In this document: piece after piece, positions 27,920 to 33,008 of the stretch
How the letters are laid out: each line of letters starts with the position of its first letter
Position numbering within the stretch: position 1 is the stretch's first letter
Source of the DNA: Chloroflexota bacterium
GTDB taxonomy: Bacteria; Chloroflexota; UBA11872; UBA12225
NCBI GenBank assembly: GCA_014191415.1
Contig: BJHB01000003.1
Coordinates: forward strand, 1 to 33,008
DNA: 33,008 nucleotides
Reading direction: 5' to 3'
Position numbers and translations under genes: made by a program
Notes under the pieces: generated by a model
Told to the model about the DNA's origin: nothing
Seen by the model: the letters and a program-made list of their open reading frames with translations, nothing else
Databases searched by the model: none

Positions 27920-29677
27920 ATGTCTCATCCACCATGTCTTGAACCCGTCACGCGCGCCGTGCCCGACGAGGGCAGTTCCATTCCCCCGGTGATGGCGTGG
28001 CGCGTGTGGACGGTCGTGCCGTACGCACTCTTCCTCTCAGTGGGAGGGTTCCTCTTCCCGTCTGCCGGGCGCGATGATGCCTTCATCACCTACTGGGCGG
28101 CTCACGCCATCGCCCGCTTCGGCGAGATCGTCAACTACGATGGCGATCGCGTGGAACAGAGTTCATCCCTCCTCCACACCGTCATCCTCGCGATCCTGCA
28201 CGCGGTCACCGGTGTCAACCTGCCAACCCTCGGCGTCACCGTGTCGGCGGGCGCAGCGGCCATCGCCATCTGGCTGATCGGGCGCCTGGCGGACATCATT
28301 GGCACACCCCGCACGCTGGCACAGGTTTACCTCGCAACGGCCACACCATTCCTCTACTGGGCATTCGGCGGCCTCGAGACCACCCTCAACGCCGCCACCG
28401 CGATCGCCTTCCTGATTGCCTACTACGCCTACCGCCTCAAACCGGGCCGGGCGCGCCTACTGGCATTCGCCGCTGCCACCACCGCAATCATTACCGTTCG
28501 TCCGGAAACCTTCCTCATCGTCGGAGGGTTCCTCGTCGCCACCGGATCCATCGAGATCCATCTGCGCCGTGCGTGGCGGGAACACCTCCGCATGGGTGCC
28601 GTCGTCGCCTCACTCACCGGAATGCAGTTCGCCTGGCGCTGGTGGTACTTCGGAAGCCTCCTGCCCCAACCAGTCGCGGCCAAGGTTGGCCCGCAGGCTT
28701 TCGCACTGGACCGCATCACCGGTGGCATCACCTACGCACTCACCACCGTCGGGCAGTATCCCGTTGCGGTGCTGACGCTGGTCATGATCGTTGCCTTCGC
28801 CCGGGGCATCCGCCGACCCGACCCGATCCGGTCGCGCATGGCACCACTCGCCGTCTTCGTGGCCATCCACATCCTCTTCGTGCTGACCTCCGGGGGCGAC
28901 TGGATGGAAGGCGGACGCTTCTTTGTGCCCATCCTCGCCCCCACTATCATCCTCGCTTTCTGCTGGTACGGCCCTGTCCTCACGCGCGACGCCGTCATCG
29001 TCACCATCGTGGTCCTCAACATCCTCACCTCATGCCTCTTTGCGCAGGTGTGGTCCACCTCCAGTGTCCTTGGAGACCGCGCCTCCCGCGATTCCTTCCC
29101 GACAGACACCGCCCCGTACTCATGGTTCGAGGCGCAGAACCGCACCCACTACCGCGACCTGATCTTCCTGAATGCCATCCGACCGGTGATCGACTTCTAC
29201 GTGGACGCCGTTCCGGACGAACCCCTCGTCATCATGTCCGGGCAGGCGGGTCTGGTGCCGTTCCACCTGTTCCAGGAACACTACGGCCGGCTGCGCTTCA
29301 TCGACCAGTTCGGACTGACCACGCGCGACTTCACGGGCTGCATCGTGTCATCCCCAACGAGGCGCGATGTCTATGGCCTGCCCGTCTCACTGGAGATGTT
29401 CGTGCGAAGGGGAGGCGACTTTGCCTCCCGGTGCAACATCCCCCCTCCGGCATTCCTGTTCGAACTCGACACCATAGACGGGCGCGAGGCACGCTTCATT
29501 GCCGCACACGGATACGTGGTGATGGTGCAGGAATCGGGCATCCTCGCCGGCGTCTACCCCTTCCGTGGCGAAACCGTGGAACTGAACCAATTCCTCGGGG
29601 TGCGCGAAGACCTGTTCAAGGCGCATCCGTACCTGGGCTTGCGCAATCCGGCTCCGCTCTCCCTTCTCGACGAGTGA
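27920..29677 (+). CDS. Multi-pass GT-C-type membrane glycosyltransferase
   Basis: DDAFITY, GEIVNY.G.RVE.SSS, GGLET, VRPE, GGDWM..GRFFVP, many TM helices, soluble C-terminal domain. Start at 27920 or 27992. Confidence 0.8.
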   Translation: MSHPPCLEPVTRAVPDEGSSIPPVMAWRVWTVVPYALFLSVGGFLFPSAGRDDAFITYWAAHAIARFGEIVNYDGDRVEQSSSLLHTVILAILHAVTGVNLPTLGVTVSAGAAAIAIWLIGRLADIIGTPRTLAQVYLATATPFLYWAFGGLETTLNAATAIAFLIAYYAYRLKPGRARLLAFAAATTAIITVRPETFLIVGGFLVATGSIEIHLRRAWREHLRMGAVVASLTGMQFAWRWWYFGSLLPQPVAAKVGPQAFALDRITGGITYALTTVGQYPVAVLTLVMIVAFARGIRRPDPIRSRMAPLAVFVAIHILFVLTSGGDWMEGGRFFVPILAPTIILAFCWYGPVLTRDAVIVTIVVLNILTSCLFAQVWSTSSVLGDRASRDSFPTDTAPYSWFEAQNRTHYRDLIFLNAIRPVIDFYVDAVPDEPLVIMSGQAGLVPFHLFQEHYGRLRFIDQFGLTTRDFTGCIVSSPTRRDVYGLPVSLEMFVRRGGDFASRCNIPPPAFLFELDTIDGREARFIAAHGYVVMVQESGILAGVYPFRGETVELNQFLGVREDLFKAHPYLGLRNPAPLSLLDE

Positions 29678-29730
29678 GGGATTGGCGATGCGCGCCTCCC
29701 GGCATCCCTCGGGTCGTGGCACCATGGGGC

Positions 29731-30396
29731 ATGACCACCGACCACCACCCCCACCACACGCCATCGCACCAAGCACCCGGTTCACCCCACGACGCCTTGC
29801 CGAACTCCCCAGCCGAGTTGCACCAGCCGGGTGAAGCGGGAGACGCGTCCGGTACACCCGCGGTGGCGTTTCTCGACGAAGCCCCGACACCCGCCGGACC
29901 GGTGCACTTCGCCACCGACATCCACGGCGCGGTACTCGCCCTGCAGTTCATCGAGGGGTCCTACCCGCGCACCTTCCTCGATGAACTCGTGCGGGATGGC
30001 TATGCCACAACCATGCGGGACGACGCGAAGACGGGCACCGTGCGACGCGCGATCAAGGCATGGACGCAGGGTGAGGCCGGTGCACTGGATGCATTGCCGA
30101 TTGCGTGGCATCACGGCACCGCGTGGCAGGAACAGGTTTGGCGGGGACTGCGAACCATCCCGTTTGGCGACACGTGGACCTACGGGCAGCTTGCGCGCGC
30201 CCTCGGACGGCCAACTGCAGTGCGGGCCGTGGCACGGGCCAACGCCACCAACCGGGTCCCGCTGATCGTGCCATGCCACCGGGTGATTGGCACCGATGGC
30301 ACCCTTACCGGCTTCGGCGGAGGCCTGCACCTCAAGGCCCGCCTCCTGAACCACGAACTCCGCGTGATGGGCCTGCCCCAGCCCTGGAAGGCGTGA
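29731..30396 (+). CDS. ogt: Methylated-DNA--protein-cysteine methyltransferase
   Basis: IPFG.T.TYG, RAVARA, active site VPCHRV, LTGFGGG. Start uncertain. Confidence 0.93.
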   Translation: MTTDHHPHHTPSHQAPGSPHDALPNSPAELHQPGEAGDASGTPAVAFLDEAPTPAGPVHFATDIHGAVLALQFIEGSYPRTFLDELVRDGYATTMRDDAKTGTVRRAIKAWTQGEAGALDALPIAWHHGTAWQEQVWRGLRTIPFGDTWTYGQLARALGRPTAVRAVARANATNRVPLIVPCHRVIGTDGTLTGFGGGLHLKARLLNHELRVMGLPQPWKA

Positions 30397-30429
30397 CCCG
30401 GCACCACGATGTGAGATGGGCGGCTGGTC

Positions 30430-31107
30430 CTACGTGGTGCGGAGTGCGGTCACCACCCGGCGCATCGTGTAGTCGTTCAGGGTGAACGACCACCATCCGG
30501 CGCAGGTCACCAAGGTCAGGCGTTCGTCATCCGTCGGAGCCGTCGGCGAGATATCGGTGCGGTCCACCAGTCGCGAGGTTGCCACGGCATAGGTGAGCGT
30601 CTCGGTCACATCAACGGCCTCGCCCGTCCCATCGGGGGCACCACTCTCTGGACTGGCCGTCCGCGTGGTCACGTCAAGGTCGATGCGGTCACCAACGCGT
30701 GCCTCGTGCAGGCGGGCCAACGGGCCATCGCCACCCCACCAGGTGTCAAAGTGCCCCACCATCACCGCGTTGCCCGGCGTGCCCGGGGTTGCGGTGAACC
30801 AGTACCACCCCACGCCTTCGTCCGGCAGTTGCCAAGCACCAGAACTGTCCATGCCGAGCTCGGTGACCTTGGCACCAATGGAGAGGCGTCCAAGCCTGAT
30901 CGCGGTGGGTGTGCGGGAAGCGACACCGATATCCGGTTGGCGCGTCGAGTCATCGTCCGTGTCCCCGACGTTTCCGGGCCACGTGTCCTGACCAGTACCG
31001 GTCGAGGCGTGCGCCGCGCGGGACACGTGCACCGTTGCCGGGCCGCCGGGAATACCGGGGGCGAGGATGGCAGCGATTGTGGCGACGAGGGCGGCGCGTC
31101 GACGCAT
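30430..31107 (-). CDS. Class F sortase
   Basis: VGWY..PG.PGNAVMVGHFD, RLTLVTC, RRVV (His-Cys-Arg triad). Hydrophobic N terminus. Confidence 0.9.
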   Translation of the reverse strand: MRRRAALVATIAAILAPGIPGGPATVHVSRAAHASTGTGQDTWPGNVGDTDDDSTRQPDIGVASRTPTAIRLGRLSIGAKVTELGMDSSGAWQLPDEGVGWYWFTATPGTPGNAVMVGHFDTWWGGDGPLARLHEARVGDRIDLDVTTRTASPESGAPDGTGEAVDVTETLTYAVATSRLVDRTDISPTAPTDDERLTLVTCAGWWSFTLNDYTMRRVVTALRTT

Positions 31108-31177
31108 CCGGATGGTTGTACGGTACGGCGACGGCCCCGGGGCGAGGTGCCCGGGAACCGTCGCGACCTTGCGAGGA

Positions 31178-31723
31178 TTAGCCGCGCGATGCGATGACGC
31201 GACGGCGGATCATCGAGATGCCTGCGCCGAGACCGCCAAGGATGACGGCACCGGCGGCGCCACCGAGGGCGATGGTGCGGGTGCCGAAGCCGGTGGCGGG
31301 CATTGCGGTTGGCGTGGCAACCAGGTTGCCGCACGCCACGTAGCCGGGCACGCCGCTGACACCGGTCTCATGCAGGTTGATGGCGTGGGCGGCGCCGATC
31401 ATCGCCGAGATGGGAACCGCCACTTCCGTGGTTGAGGTGCCATTGGCAAGGTTGGTCAGGGGAGCGACGACGGCGCCCACTTCCGGGCACTTGCCCGAGT
31501 GGATGTGTGCCGGACCTGTCGTGGCAGTCTTGCCACCCGAGATGGTCAGGACGACCTTGGACTTGCCCCCGCCGATGTCGGTGATGACCGCGGTCCCGGT
31601 CACGCCGGAGTTGTTGTTCGAGGCCAACGGGATGGTGAGGGTGGTCGGTGCCTGTGCCATCGCAAGCGAAGGCAGTGCCAATGCCATCACCCCGGCGATG
31701 GCCACGCTGCGCAAGTTCTTCAT
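31178..31723 (-). CDS. Secreted CHRD/SOD-like domain protein with LPXTG-like sorting signal
   Basis: Signal peptide, PAHIHSGKC, AINLH, VACG, then MPATG, a hydrophobic stretch and RRR. GGAGG RBS. Confidence 0.85.
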   Translation of the reverse strand: MKNLRSVAIAGVMALALPSLAMAQAPTTLTIPLASNNNSGVTGTAVITDIGGGKSKVVLTISGGKTATTGPAHIHSGKCPEVGAVVAPLTNLANGTSTTEVAVPISAMIGAAHAINLHETGVSGVPGYVACGNLVATPTAMPATGFGTRTIALGGAAGAVILGGLGAGISMIRRRVIASRG

Positions 31724-31918
31724 TCGGTAATCCCCTCCGGCAACAAGCCACCCAGTGCAAGCCCCGGACGCCACATGGCGCCCATGGCACTGTTCGGCCC
31801 AAGCCATGCCAGAGAAGTCTATGCGGGTTCGCCAATCCCCCGGAGGCCACTGGCGTTGCAAAGTTGAACACTCCATCCCGCCACCAAGTGAAGTCCGCCG
31901 TGCTCCACGTTGAGGGTG

Positions 31919-32195
31919 CCGCCCTGGGAGCGCCGGCACCGTCATTGGCAGCAGTCCGTGGGGTGGGTTTCGCCGTGGTCCGCGGGCATCCGTGTCCGCA
32001 TCTTCCTTGTCGCTCCCGAGGCGCACCGAAGATATGGATGCATACCCAAGCGTGGCTGGGCGTAGGAGAGGCCTGCCCTGGGGCGTCCCGACCGGGGCCA
32101 TCACCGCCCTGGGAGCGCCGGCGCCCCCGCCGGCAGGGGTCCGTGGGGTGGCGGTGGTTCCCCCCCGATGAAAGTGGCACGGATACCCGCGGACC
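31919..32195. repeat. Mosaic of REP-like palindromic units, locus 2
   Basis: ccgccctgggagcgccggc at 31919 and 32104. tggtccgcgggcatccgtgtccgca at 31976-32000, with an inverted degenerate copy at 32176-32195. Confidence 0.8.
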
Positions 32196-32222
32196 CAAAT
32201 GCCCCGCCTCACCCGGACCCGG

Positions 32223-32753
32223 TCAGAACGGGAAGTCGTCGTCGTCACCAAACCCGTCTTCCGGTGGTTCCGGATAGGGAGCAGGAGGGGCGGGATGCGG
32301 TACCGGCATGGTGCGCCCGATTGATGTGGAACCGGGACCCTGCCGTTGTCTCCGGTCGATGGGGATGGGAGGGTTCCCCTCAGGCCCGGGACGGGTAGTG
32401 GGGCTGTCATCGGGCCTGCGCTCAAGCATGTTCATCGACGATGCGTTGATCTCGGTGCGCGACATCTTCTTGCCGGTCTCCGCATCCACCCACGACCGTG
32501 TCTGGACGCGACCTTCGATATAGACAAGGCTGCCGCGACGCAGGTACCGGAAGCAGGTCTCGCCGAGGCGACGCCAGGCAACGATGTTGTGCCACTCCGT
32601 CTGTTCGCGGGTCTCGTTGGTCTGCTGGCTGGTCCACCGGCGTGTGGTGGCGACAGAGAACGTGGTGAACGTATCCCCGCTTGGCAGGACGCGCTGTTCG
32701 GGATCCTGCCCGAGGTTTCCAATGATCATGGCCTTGTTCAGGTATCTCGGCAC
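32223..32753 (-). CDS. ssb: Single-stranded DNA-binding protein
   Basis: LNKAMIIGNLG.DPE, TEWH, GSLVYIEGR, C-terminal DDDDFPF. GGAGGTG RBS before GTG. Confidence 0.96.
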   Translation of the reverse strand: MPRYLNKAMIIGNLGQDPEQRVLPSGDTFTTFSVATTRRWTSQQTNETREQTEWHNIVAWRRLGETCFRYLRRGSLVYIEGRVQTRSWVDAETGKKMSRTEINASSMNMLERRPDDSPTTRPGPEGNPPIPIDRRQRQGPGSTSIGRTMPVPHPAPPAPYPEPPEDGFGDDDDFPF

Positions 32754-33008
32754 GCCATCACCTCCACAATCTGTTGCAAGATGTATACCCGCAACATAAC
32801 AATCATGCAAGCGATATCAGGTGGGGAGCACGAGGGATAGGCGCAAGGTGGTTGGCCATCCGCGTGCCCTTCCCACACCATGCCCACAAGTTGGTCACCG
32901 ACCGCCATCGCTGAGACACTTGGCCGGTCATGCCAGACATCGTCGATGCAGCCAACATGACCGATGCTGTAGTTTTCACCACCAAACCGGGTCCCAGTTG
33001 CACGTTGT

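Noticed and set aside
28573-29730. Apparent 607-aa Ogt fusion
   Set aside because: The upstream part is an alternative frame over the GT-C gene with Arg/Pro-rich junk composition.
31724-32425. 415-aa version of the sortase substrate
   Set aside because: The extension runs through the repeat mosaic and ssb. The RBS and signal peptide point to 31723.
32803-33003. 66-aa ORF at the right edge
   Set aside because: It has no motif or RBS evidence and cannot be judged at the window boundary.

Overview
GC-rich bacterial window of about 25 genes on both strands. Chloroflexota is suggested (inference only) by Thr/Pro-rich secreted proteins, a class F sortase and futalosine-pathway genes. Housekeeping and metabolic genes: mqnE-mqnA, a GH4 alpha-galactosidase, two enolase-superfamily dehydratases, a 2-hydroxyacid dehydrogenase, ogt and ssb. 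Surface or secreted proteins are unusually dense: an orphan 786-aa flagellin with apparently nested duplicated domains, two subtilases with long Thr-rich cationic C-terminal tails, a Zn-ribbon/TM/trypsin protease, a 1049-aa TasA-like/LamG/Ig/lectin fusion, a 19-aa-repeat secreted protein, a Tat fasciclin, a GT-C glycosyltransferase, and a sortase beside an MPATG substrate. Two intergenic regions 25 kb apart share a mosaic of two REP-like palindromic units. I saw no tRNA, rRNA, CRISPR array or transposase. All calls come from motif recognition by eye, with no database searches.
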